This document shows, piece by piece, positions 1 to 10,086 of a stretch of DNA of 63,127 bases (the stretch's first letter is position 1; every line of letters begins with the position of its first letter). The DNA is taken from positions 39,411 through 102,537 of the forward strand of contig BLSG01000077.1 in the NCBI GenBank assembly GCA_012862495.1. Reading direction: 5' to 3'. A model generated the notes under the pieces. It searched no databases and had not been told where the DNA came from. It saw only the letters and a program-made list of their open reading frames with translations. Both the position numbers and the translations under genes were made by a program. Origin of the DNA: Thraustochytrium aureum (Eukaryota).

Positions 1-906
1 CAAGCTGGTCTTCCTACCGCGCTGGAGCGCAGACGCTGCTATCGACGCGTTCATCAACGAGCAAGTCACGTACGTGGGGCTGATGCCAGCAATGCTCTGC
101 GACTTGTTGGCTTGCCCGCGCTTCGAGGCCGAGAAGGCGGCGCTGCGCCTGAGCAACATTGGGACCGGCGGCGCCAGCTGCCCGACAGAGCTCATGAAAC
201 GCGTGCGCAAGGTGCTCCCGAGCATCACGCAGGGGACCGGCTGGGGGCTCACCGAGTCCAACTCGATCGGGACCGTGATCGGTGGGCCAGACTACGTCGA
301 GCACTTTTTGAGCTGCGGGCGCGCGCACCGGATCTCCGAGGTCAAGGTCGTGGACCCGGCCACGGGGCGAGACCTCGTAGAGCCCGACGCGCAGGGCGAG
401 CTCTGCATTCGAACCGTGTGCTCCATGAAAGAGTATTGGAAAATGCCGCAAGACACGGCTGAGGCGTTTTACCCGGGAAGGTGGCTGCGCTCTGGAGATA
501 TTGGTCGTATTGACAGCGGCGGCTACGTCTACATCTGCGACCGCATTAAGGACGTGGTGATTCGCGGCGGGGAGAACATCTCGTCCAACCTGGTCGAGGA
601 CGTCATTCTCCGCGCTGCGCCAGATCGCATTCGTGAGGTCGCTGTTTTCGGCCTGCCCCACGAGCGCCTTGGGGAGCAGCTATGTGCCGCTGTGGTCCTT
701 CCCGGTCCCACGAGCGCCTCACCGGGCACGACATCCGCGAGTTCGTCAGCCAACACCTGTCGTCGCACATGATCCCCACCCAAATATTCCTTCGTGACGC
801 CTCCACCAGGCCGCTGCCGCGAGGGCCGACTGGCAAAGTCCTCAAGCGCGACCTGCGCTCCGAGTACGCCGACTTTGCCACCACCGACCTCGACGACCCC
901 TCCTAA
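1..906 (+). CDS. AMP-dependent acyl-CoA synthetase (long-chain fatty acid-CoA ligase-like), 3' part; 5' end outside window; frameshift near 700
   Basis: ORF 74..772 has adenylate-forming motifs GWGLTE, WLRSGDIG, DRIKDVVIRGGENI and GLPHERLGE. The C-terminal lid with LPRGPTGKVLKRDLR is in ORF 682..906. The frames join at cttcccggtcc (~698-708). Confidence 0.9.
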
Positions 907-1319
907 CTCGCTCTGCGGCCGGCGCAGACGCGACGCAGCCCAGTAGGCAAGGCCACACGCGGCCAATCACCCATCGATCTTGATCTTGGTTACAGTGAGT
1001 ACCGCGTCCTCAATTGAGCATGTACAAAAAACGCCTGGTTTGCCAGACGCCACCATCACTTGGTCACGAACGGCGCCGTGCACAGACTGCGCTGTCTGTC
1101 CTCCATCCCTGCTCCTTTCCCCAACACCACGGCCGTTTCGTGCCAAGATCGGAAGGCCACGACTCGTCGGGCTCTTCGCCATGTTCATCAGGCTTTCGGG
1201 TGTGATTACGGGCCCGGCCTGCGTGCAGTTCAGCACGGTGCCCCAGACGGGCGCAGGGGTGTCCCGTGTCAGGCTGCCCAGCGAGTCTTCAGCCCCGCAA
1301 CCTGTTGCTACTCTAGAGT

Positions 1320-1353
1320 ACATACTCAAGCAACTTACATACTCAAGCAACTT
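1320..1353. repeat. Tandem duplication of ACATACTCAAGCAACTT (17 bp x2)
   Basis: Read directly from the sequence. Confidence 0.7.
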
Positions 1354-1647
1354 CTAACTTCTTAGCAAGACCCACGTAACTCCATGGACGGATCACGCGC
1401 CACCAATCCGCCAGGCGAGTGTGCAGGAAACAACTCGCCAGAAAAGCGAGCGGCGCGGCCATCGCAGGCAAGCCAGCCTCCAAATTGGCTCCAATGCGCC
1501 ATCGATGCTCGCCCGCCTTCACCAAGTCCAGACTGTTGCCCTCGGCAAACGCCTAGCAGGAGCTACTGAACTGCCACGAGCGCAGCAGCAGCAGACCCCA
1601 AACGAGGACCACGGCCGCGCTGGCCGCCTCCCGCCATCCAACCTGCA

Positions 1648-1746
1648 AGCCAGCCAGCCAGCCAGCCAGCCGGCCATCCAGCCAGCCGGCCAGCAAGCCC
1701 TCCAGCCAGCAAGCCCTCCAGCCAGCCAGTCAGCCAGCCAGCCAGC
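1648..1746 (+). repeat. Imperfect (GCCA)n microsatellite upstream of the VPS9 gene
   Basis: Runs of gccagccagcca seen directly. Confidence 0.85.
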
Positions 1747-1870
1747 GTGCCAGCGGCCTTCCTTCGTGCCACCGGACGAGGCAGGGCTGCGCTCTTCGCG
1801 AGCGGCTCCAAGGCGCCCGGACGCGCTGAAACGGGTCGCGACGGCGTCCAAGGGCTCGGCGGCGACGGCG

Positions 1871-3625
1871 ATGGTGGAGCCCGGCTCGCGGAGCGCATGC
1901 GAGGCTGAAGAGGACCTGCTGGGACTGCGAGAGGTGGACGGGCCGACCTGCGAGGCGGAGGTCGAAAGGCTGGACGTCGGGTTGGCTCCGCAAGATGACG
2001 TGGACGAGCCTGCCAGGAAAGTGGGTGCGGAGGACGAGGAGGAGCGCGACGACGCGAGCTCGGAGGTGTCGAGCAGAGGCTCGCGCAGGTCTGCGACGAG
2101 CGGTGAGAACGAGCCCGAGGCTCTACGTCGAGGGGCTTCTCTTGATGGGATGCCCGACGGCTTTGCGTTTCCGGTCACGAAGAAGATCATCCACTTCTTG
2201 AACCGGTTTTCGTCAAGCACGAGCATGGTGGACATAGAGGGCGTGGCGCGCGCGATCACCGGCGAGGTGCCCAGCGCCCCAGCTAGCGCGACCCGCTTCG
2301 GCGAGCTCGGCGGCGCGCAAGCGACCCTGCCACCAACGCCAGCCCCAAGTGGCCACCAAGGCGAGGGGGCAGGTGATGGCGCTGCCAACGCGGTCGCGGT
2401 CTCCAGGGCCTCGCTCAGCAACGCCGAGACCCGTTCTGCCCCGGTACCGAGCAGCGCGAATTCCTACTCTGTCCTCGTCCAAGCCCTGCGGGACCTGCAG
2501 GCCGCAGACGTCCTTCGGACGGTCAAGGCCTTTGTGTGCCAGTTTCTTGCCGATCACGAGGTCGCCGAAGAGCCCACGTTGGACATCGGCGCAGCAACGC
2601 AAGTGACGTGGGATGGCGACACGATGCCCGGGCAGAACAATCGCGAAGCAGAGGACGTGCAGACGTTTCTACGGAAATTGGAAAAGAAAGTGCGCGCCCA
2701 CCCGCTGTGGCGCGGACAGGATGAGGCCGAGTGGGCTCGCACAGAGGAGGGCCTGGAAAAGTTTATCATGTGCAAAATAGCCAAATGCGCGTTCCAGCCG
2801 ACAGCGCGTGATCGCTTGCTGGACGCGAAACTGCGTCGGAGGATTCAAAGTCTCTCCTTCCTGCGCCCCGAGCACCTGGAGGTGCCGCGCAGTGGCCCGC
2901 GCTTTGAGCCGCGCTGGCAGCAGGCCGGGCAAGAGCTGTGCAACATGAATCGGTTCCGCGCGCCGCGGGACAAAATCGTTTGCATCCAGAACTGTGCGAA
3001 GATCATCTCGAACTTGCTACGGGACGACTCTGGCCCGGAGAGCGAGCGCCTGCCCCAAGTCGGCGCCGACGAGTTTGTGCCTGCGCTCATTTACGTCGTT
3101 CTCAAGGCCAACCCCGCGAACCTGCACTCGAACCTCGAGTACATCGCTGCATACCGCAATCCCGCGCGGCTCACTGGGGAGGCCGGCTACTATTTCACGC
3201 AGCTCACAATGGCCGTGAGTTTTATCCAGGGCGTGGACGCGAGTCTCCTGTGTATCAGCCCCGAGAGATTTGATGATGGCGTCGCCGTGTGCCTACGGAG
3301 GTTGGAAACGGACCCTACCTTCTCGTTCGGCTGGGCTGGCATGCCAGTTGACGAAGGCGACCACGGTGCACTCTGGTCAACACGGGGCGTCGGCCAGAGT
3401 CCCGATGCCAAGCCGGAGGGCTGCAACGCGAAGGTCGACGCGGGGCCGGCTTGCCCGCTCCCGAGCCTTGACGACGCCGAGGCACTCGCAAAGTGGCGCC
3501 AAGAGCGCTTCCGATTTGTGGGTATGTCGGTGAGCGAGCTGCGCGTCCGGGACTTGGACGCCTTATTCGCCGAGTACTGTGCACTTGCAGCTGCAGTAGA
3601 TGCGCTGTTGCCGTCATCCTCATGA
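1871..3625 (+). CDS. VPS9-domain Rab5 GEF (Rabex-5/VPS9a-like)
   Basis: Helical bundle (HPLW...EEGLEKFIM), then VPS9 core APRDKIVCIQNC, GADEFVPALIYVVLKANP and GEAGYYFTQL. Start placed at ATG 1871; the upstream ORF extension is microsatellite. Confidence 0.9.
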   Translation: MVEPGSRSACEAEEDLLGLREVDGPTCEAEVERLDVGLAPQDDVDEPARKVGAEDEEERDDASSEVSSRGSRRSATSGENEPEALRRGASLDGMPDGFAFPVTKKIIHFLNRFSSSTSMVDIEGVARAITGEVPSAPASATRFGELGGAQATLPPTPAPSGHQGEGAGDGAANAVAVSRASLSNAETRSAPVPSSANSYSVLVQALRDLQAADVLRTVKAFVCQFLADHEVAEEPTLDIGAATQVTWDGDTMPGQNNREAEDVQTFLRKLEKKVRAHPLWRGQDEAEWARTEEGLEKFIMCKIAKCAFQPTARDRLLDAKLRRRIQSLSFLRPEHLEVPRSGPRFEPRWQQAGQELCNMNRFRAPRDKIVCIQNCAKIISNLLRDDSGPESERLPQVGADEFVPALIYVVLKANPANLHSNLEYIAAYRNPARLTGEAGYYFTQLTMAVSFIQGVDASLLCISPERFDDGVAVCLRRLETDPTFSFGWAGMPVDEGDHGALWSTRGVGQSPDAKPEGCNAKVDAGPACPLPSLDDAEALAKWRQERFRFVGMSVSELRVRDLDALFAEYCALAAAVDALLPSSS

Positions 3626-4296
3626 CTTCTGAGCCCGATGCGACAACTTGTGTAGGATAGACTGCGAATGCAAGCAAAAGCAAATTCTGTGGCGAGGAAA
3701 CGGCGAAACAGAGCAAAACAAAACCCATCCCGAGCCAGGTTTCGGGGGGGCTGGAGGGAAAGGTGCGTCGCTTGCACGCTTTCGACCTCAAGCTACTGAC
3801 CAGAGGAGTACCAATTTGCTCAATCTTTGGAGGTCGCGCCTTCCGCCTGTTGTGCTGCGCGAGAAGTTCCACACCAATCACATCGAGTAGGCGAGAACTA
3901 TTGAGACGGAGATGTTCTCTCACCGCACTTTGGGCGCTGGCGACCTACCAGGGTGGCGCGGCTCGCTCTCGTCTTGCGCGTGGACGCGTCCGGTCCTCTT
4001 AAAGCGGAGCTGTGACGAAGGCGCGCGGTGCAGGGATTCATGGCGAAGCTTTCGCTTGTGGGAGGCGATGGCAACCATCATCACCACACTGGTGGAAAGC
4101 ATGGCTGTCAAAAGCTGATTTGATTGAGAGCTTCCTTGGGTGACGACAACGACGTCGCTCGTCAAGCAGCCGCAGCTTGCTTCGAGTTGTGCCGGCCATC
4201 TGGCTGGTGCGACTGTTCAACCAATCAGCTCAGCGCTGCGCGGCCTGGACTTGAGAACGCGCTTGCTTCGGTTTCCATTTCTGTACAGTTTTGCGC

Positions 4297-5439
4297 TCAC
4301 GGTGATGTAGCTGCATGCTCACCATGTCGGCTACGGTTGACCGAGCCAGAACTTGAGCCGCCGTCAAACGTGACTTGGTTAATTCGGTGGGCTGGCCGCG
4401 ACCCCATGGAGGTCGGTGCGCGAGTGTGCTTGATTCGAATTCGCCCTCGAGCCTTTCTGATGCTTGCTATGGCGCCGCCGGCAATGCCGAGGCTTCCCAT
4501 GAGGACGCGGAGAGGGATAAAAAAACCGTACAACCGCAAGTAGAGTGGCGCGAAACAGGCAAGGCCAGCGAGGAAGCCCGAGGGCAGGTGGACGAACCAC
4601 GCCAAAGAAAAGAGCGTTGTGCTCGTCGTCGATTTTGCCCGGTTCACGCGGCGAAGGATCTCGTTGGAATTGGTTCGCGTGAGACTCTTTGCCATGTTTT
4701 CGGCTTCCTCGAGTTCGCTCATGACTGGCGGAAGCACAAAGAGGAGCAGAAAGAACTGGAGAAGCGACCCCACGCTCGAGACACCAAGCGTAGCCCGCAT
4801 GAGGTTCGTCCTTATCGTCTCAGAACGAACGAGCGGAGCGGCGCAAAGCAGCGCAGAGCTCAACAACGTCGTGCACAGCATAGGTGGCACCATTCGCTTC
4901 AGGAGCTGGAGGCGTGGTAGGTGCTGGCTCCGGCCAGCGGAAGTGATCTGCATAGTAATGAAGCGGATGTTCTTGCGGAGCAGCATGTCCGTCGCCATGT
5001 AGAGCGCAGCGCTCACTATTGCGCCTAATAGTGAAGTTGTTGGGTCTACGCCCGTGCCGCCGTGCCAGACTCTGCCATGCATGCCCTGAACAGCGCTTGA
5101 CAAGTATGCGATGGTGAAGACAGCCGCGACCGTGGCGGGGAAGAAAGCCTTGGCTGCTTTTCTGTGCAGCGTTCTTTGTCTGTACCTCTGAGCCAGGAGA
5201 AGGATCATCGCTGCGCAAGAAACATAGGATGCGAAGAGCGATATTCCGTACAGGAGCTTGTATGTGGTGGCGTGGACTACGCAGGGGCTGTGGTCGCCGT
5301 ACCATGCAAGCTCTTGTGCTTGAACCCATCCAGGCAGGCACTTGCAGACGCCGTCTTCGCATTCGCCTTGGAAACAGGGATTGGTGTTTGGTGCCAGGGC
5401 GCCGCATGTTGCATTGATCGAGTTCATGCCTCGACCCAT
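4297..5439 (-). CDS. Membrane protein with N-terminal EGF-like domain and about 7 TM helices (GPCR-like)
   Basis: CFQGECEDGVCKCLPGW EGF-like motif followed by seven hydrophobic segments. Start at ATG 5439 or 5427 is uncertain. Confidence 0.7.
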   Translation of the reverse strand: MGRGMNSINATCGALAPNTNPCFQGECEDGVCKCLPGWVQAQELAWYGDHSPCVVHATTYKLLYGISLFASYVSCAAMILLLAQRYRQRTLHRKAAKAFFPATVAAVFTIAYLSSAVQGMHGRVWHGGTGVDPTTSLLGAIVSAALYMATDMLLRKNIRFITMQITSAGRSQHLPRLQLLKRMVPPMLCTTLLSSALLCAAPLVRSETIRTNLMRATLGVSSVGSLLQFFLLLFVLPPVMSELEEAENMAKSLTRTNSNEILRRVNRAKSTTSTTLFSLAWFVHLPSGFLAGLACFAPLYLRLYGFFIPLRVLMGSLGIAGGAIASIRKARGRIRIKHTRAPTSMGSRPAHRINQVTFDGGSSSGSVNRSRHGEHAATSP

Positions 5440-5898
5440 CCACGGCTCTCCCACGTGGAGAGGTCTGGTCGCGCTGGTTACCGCTTCGCTTCGAGCGCGG
5501 CGCCCATGCTGCGAGCGTGAGCGTGTCACGGCACTGGACTTTGCAGAACTCGTGCCGCAAGCATGATACGGGCGAGTATTTTGATACCTTGGTGCTCTCT
5601 CAGCAGCAGAGTCGCAGAGTCGAGCCGCGGGCTGCCGCTAGAAGAAAGGCGGATGCTGGCGGGAAGCTGGCTCCGTCTGCCACGAATGGCAGACAGAGGG
5701 AGAGAGGATGTACACGTAGATGAAACCTCCCAGCTCTGCCATTGGTTTTGTTTTAGCGGTCCGTTGGGCAACGGATCATTCTTTCCGCCTGGCGTGATGC
5801 CGACCTCGCAGGTGCGAGAGCCCAGAGTGAGGCCGAATGCATGCTAGAGTAGCTCGAGTATGATGGTCTGCACCGAGGCCTTGTCCTGAGGGTTCCCT

Positions 5899-5944
5899 AC
5901 TCCCAATCGTCCTTTGGTACAAACTCCAATTCGTCCTTTGGTAC
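5899..5944. repeat. Short direct repeat ACTCC(C/A)A(A/T)TCGTCCTTTGGTAC x2
   Basis: Two near-identical 22-mers, 24 bp apart. Confidence 0.6.
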
Positions 5945-6296
5945 TTGCCTGCTCCTCAAGTCTGTTGATTTGTTTTCGCGCACGTACCGGCAAAGGTGGT
6001 AGGCCTATTCGTTGGATTTATTTTGGCGACGGTCGACGCGGCCTGTGCACCGTCTCACGGCTTGGCAATTGCGACACCGAACGGTCCACAACGACGCCCG
6101 TTTTCCCGACGGCGGGCTTTCGCCCGCGAGGTCTGCTCCGCCTCTCTCTCTACTAGGCGAGCTCGCGCTAGCTAGAGCCTGAGCGGAGAGGCGCTGTAGG
6201 TCTCGCAACAGTGTAATCCCGGCGGTTGGAGAGCGCAGAGCCAATCTGTTTTTTTTGTTTGCAAAGTGTCGACTCATCACTCCAGTTCGTCCAGCG

Positions 6297-7799
6297 CTAG
6301 TCTGAAACTCGCAGTCCGGTGTCAAGGAGGCGCTGGAGCAGCACGTTTCCGAGCCCCGAGCTGGGTGTGACAACCCCGTCCATGCCAGCAGGGAGCTTGT
6401 CGCGCGGGTTAAGCGCCATGCTGAGGCCCGACTCGACAAGCATGCGCGCCGTGTCGCGGTATCCAGGGTCGTTCGGGTAGTACAGCTGCGCCTTCACCTT
6501 GGTCCCCCTTCTCCCCGAGGCCGTAGCCGGTGAGCAGGAGGTAGCCGTCCTTCATGTCCTTCTCCGAGGGCCCCTGGCCAGGGCTTGGCAAAAGGCCAAG
6601 CCCAAACGCGAGCGAGCGGAGCCAACTGTTGGTCAGGAGCAGGCCCAACAGCACGTTCTCGATAACCCAGCTCACGGCGGCGCCGCCGTTGGTCAAGAAG
6701 AGCTGCTCCTTGTACTCGAAGCGCGTCGCGTACCCGTTGAGCGCGTTGCTGCGGCGCACGCACTCCTTGTTGACCCCGCTTAGCACAAAGTAAGTGTACC
6801 AACTGCCATGCTGGCTCGAGTAGCCGGGACCGGCCTTGATCTTGTCGATGATTTTCGCCTCCACCTTGGCGCCGTCCTGACCCATGTCCATCGGGTTGAA
6901 GCCCAGGCTGGAGCGCTGCGGCTTGTACTCTGTCAGATGGTAAATCATGGTGCTCAGCGTTCCCCCCGAGGCGACAGATTTGATGTCATCCATGAGCAGG
7001 ACCTTTTTCAGTTTCTCACCCGCATTTTGATCCTTGTGAGCTCGGCTAGCTTGAAGGTGATAAGGTCGTACGGCACGCAGTCGTTCCCGCTGAACGGGAC
7101 GAGGCGCACGCCGGCCTGCTTGGCCTGCAAGTGGTAGGCTTCGATGATGCCACGCACCCAGGAGGCCTCGCCCGTGGTGTCCACGTAGTCGGTCTTGTTG
7201 GAGATACACGCGCGCACGAGCGTGGTGCCGTACTTGGCGAAGGGGCCCACCGAGGAGGCCACGACGCGGGTGCGGCGGCACATGGCGGCAAGGCTGGCCT
7301 GGTCGGCCGAGTCGGCGACGATTTGTGGCAGGTCTGACAGCGCGGGGTTGATCTTGGCAAGCTTGGCGCGCACCTTCTCCAGCGCGGAGGCCTTGCGGCC
7401 AGCGATAGCCCACTTGATGCCGGTCCCATACCGCGATGCCACGTACTCGGCGGCGAGCCCGCCGGTAAACCCAGTGACGCCAAACAGCACGATGTCAAAC
7501 TCGCGCTCGTCGCGCCCGGCTGCCTCCTCCGCGGCCTCGAGCGGCGGAAACTCGCCGCTCGCGACCTTGCCAGGCTTGCTCGCGCACAGCTTGCGCAGCG
7601 GCGTCGCAAGCACATAGAGGAGCTGCACTGGCACGACGACACCGAGCAGGATGGGCAGCCGAAGCACAAGGTTGCCGATCAGGCGCACCACGCCTCCGAA
7701 ACCGGCATAAGGCGTCGTCTTCCCGTCCCTCTTTTTGAAGTCGGAGAACGCGCTGCTCCCGCCTTCCAGGAGCGCGGTGCCTTGGGCTTTGGCCGCCAT
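6297..7799 (-). CDS. Saccharopine dehydrogenase-like oxidoreductase (SCCPDH-like); two frameshifts (~7038, ~6505)
   Basis: Rossmann motif FDIVLFGVTGFTG, AIAGR, VGPFAKYG, YVDTTGE, SGGTLST, PGQGPSE and DPGYRDTARMLVESGL are spread over ORFs 7008..7820, 6409..7413 and 6297..6497. The joins need one C added (ctc[c]ac) and one G removed from a G5 run. Confidence 0.88.
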
Positions 7800-8153
7800 C
7801 TCCCCCTGTGGTCCTTGCACTGCTTCCTCGAAGCGTTGCAGGCTGGAGCGAGGAGGTTTCTTTGGGGCTTTGCCGACGTTCCACCGCAGCCGTCGCCAAC
7901 CGCGGGCCTTCGCAGGCGAATCCCCGGCGCTGCCAACAGTGCCAAGTCCAAGTCACGGCACCCAACCAACCCGAGTCACGGTGTGCGTGCGCAAATGAAG
8001 AATCGCGCAACGCCGGTGTGCGCGTCGCCACCCACCCCGATCAGGACCACAAGCAAGGCAAGAGCCTGAAGAGTCGGAGCAAGGCACGCCGTGCGGAGTG
8101 GGATGAATGTTCGAGTCCGCAGGCCTTCTTCAGTGAAGCAGCGAGCGACTGGC

Positions 8154-8380
8154 AGCGGCTCGCTGATCGTGCAAGCGTGAGCTCTCAACTTTCTCTTGAT
8201 CAGCAAGAGCGGCTCGTTGATCTCTTAAAACAATAACTCTTTGTTCGCGAGCGGGTCGTTGGTCCTTCAAGAGAAGCTCTATTTGTTCGCGAGCGGCTCG
8301 TTGATCTCTGATGAGCCGTTCTTTTTGTTCGCGAGCGGCTCGTTGATCTTTGGTGAGCCGTTCTTTTTGTTCGCGAGCGT
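8154..8380. repeat. 42-bp tandem repeat array (about 5 units, core TGTTCGCGAGCGGCTCGTTGATCT)
   Basis: Unit starts at 8242, 8284, 8326 and 8368, with degenerate cores at 8207 and 8154. The minus strand reads as 14-aa repeats AAREQKERLxxDQR. Confidence 0.85.
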
Positions 8381-8465
8381 TGCGGCGAGGAACACGCAGG
8401 CGGAGCAAGAGGCCGGCCAGATAGCCCGATTGCCGTGGCGCAGAGCAGAGCACCAGACGCGAAAC

Positions 8466-8563
8466 AGGCAGGCAGGCAGCAGGCAGGAGGACAGGAAGGC
8501 AGGAAGACAGGAAGCAGGAAGCAGGAAGGCAGGTAGGTGGGCAGGCAGGCAGGCAGGCAGGCA
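8466..8563 (+). repeat. (GGCA)n/(GGAA) purine-rich microsatellite upstream of the E2 gene
   Basis: Runs of aggcaggcaggc seen directly. Confidence 0.8.
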
Positions 8564-8671
8564 GAGGCGCTGGGCGGCGCGCCGGGCGGGATGCAGGCGT
8601 CGCGTCGCGAAGTGCGAAGGAAGGCGCTCGGCGTGTGGAAGAGGCTGACTGACGGGACCGGCGCGCGCAGA

Positions 8672-9200
8672 ATGGCCAAGCGGCTGAAGAAGGAGGCGGA
8701 GGCGCTGTCTGGGGAGGACCTCGAATGGGCGATGGCCGAGCCCACGGAGAGCAACGTAAGTGATGGGCCGAGCCGGGCTCGCTGGCGCAGGCGACTGACT
8801 GGGCAGGTTTGCTTGCGCTCGATCGGCGAGGTGCGCGCAGCTATTTGAGTGGGAGGCCTCGATCGCAGGACCCGAGGGCACGCCGTACGAGGGCGGCCTG
8901 TTCAACCTGAGCCTGAAGTTTCCGGACAACTACCCGTTCAAGCCGCCTGACGTGATCTTCACGACCAAGATGTTCCACCCAAGCATCAAGAAGGAGACGG
9001 GGGAGATTTGCGCGGATATCCTCAAGAACGACTGGAAGCCGACCCTCAACATCAAATGGATTCTGACAATCCTGCGCGAGATGCTCAAGGAACCCTCCTC
9101 GGATAGCCCGCTCGAGCCAGAGATCGCTCAGCTCTTGCAGGAGAACCCCGAGGAGTTTGCCGCGCGAGCTGCCAAGTTCACCAAAGAGTTTGCCACGTAA
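8672..9200 (+). CDS. Ubiquitin-conjugating enzyme E2; 2 exons (8672-8755, 8841-9200)
   Basis: Splicing the GTAAGT...GCGCAG intron 8756-8840 gives MAKRLKKE...TESN|LFEWEASIAGPEGTPYEGG...YPFKPP...FHPSI...GEICADIL...WKPT, a complete E2 fold with the catalytic Cys. Confidence 0.93.
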
Positions 9201-10016
9201 GGTTGCAGGAGATTTCTGAGGAGTTGCCGCGCGAGCCGCCACCCAACAGGCCACGGAAACTCGGGCGCCGGCTGCTGGCCAAGCGGCCATGCTACACATA
9301 TAGACCTAACAGCGCAGTCTCCAGCGCAACACTGGTTTCGTTTTGGGGGCGGCAACTGCGCCTTGTGCTTGCCTTTTTTTCGGTCTTGCTTGCTCTTGCC
9401 TTCTTGATGAGCTGCACAGGGGCGTGCAAACCCGCGCGCGTCGCTGCGGCGAGGGCGGCCGGGCCACGGCGTTCCTTGCCGCTCCGACCCAATTCAGGCG
9501 GCGCACAAATACGCACAAAATCCCTGTGCTGCTGCCGTCCTCGGCGCCAGAACTCTGCGAGAGCGCGGCGAGCGCGCCGCTGAAACCCCAGCCCATTCAA
9601 GAATGGTCCTCCACATGGACTTGCCTTTGTCCGTCTACTGTGTGATTCAGCGATTCCACATGCGACCAACAGTGGGCGTGAGCAACTTGCAGCGCGGCCA
9701 GCCGCCGCTGAATGGTGACAGGTACGAACTGTGGTTCGACGTCTCATACAAGGAGAACTGCGAGCAAACAAGGCGGCCCTCCCTTCCTGCGGGTGCAGCG
9801 GTTGCAAAACCATGCGCGCGAAACGCAGACACGAAGCGCATCCCTCCTGCCTCTGCTGCAAGCTGCTAGCTAGCTAGTAGTTGTACGTTTAGCTCTAGCT
9901 AGAGCAAGCTTGCTCGAGTTTGGCAGACGGGCCGCAACGAAGCAAACCCCAAACAGACGCGCAATTCCAATCCGAAACGAGGCTCGCGTGCATAGAAAGA
10001 ACTGTTGCGACATCGG

Positions 10017-10079
10017 CAAGCAAAGCCTACGAAAGCAAGCAAAGCCTACCAAAGCAAGCAAAGCCTACGAAAGCAAGCA
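10017..10079 (+). repeat. Imperfect AAGCAAAGCCTAC(G/C)A repeat x3, immediately 5' of the YHYH gene
   Basis: Seen directly in the sequence. Confidence 0.7.
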
Positions 10080-10086
10080 GCGGCAA

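Noticed and set aside
967..1357. Overlapping 100-127 aa ORFs on both strands downstream of the acyl-CoA synthetase
   Set aside because: No family motifs; cannot be supported as genes from the sequence alone.
8154..8380. 42-bp array as a CRISPR array
   Set aside because: The variable parts are only about 18 bp and two are near-identical. The period is a multiple of 3 with an open frame, there are no cas genes, and the context is eukaryotic.
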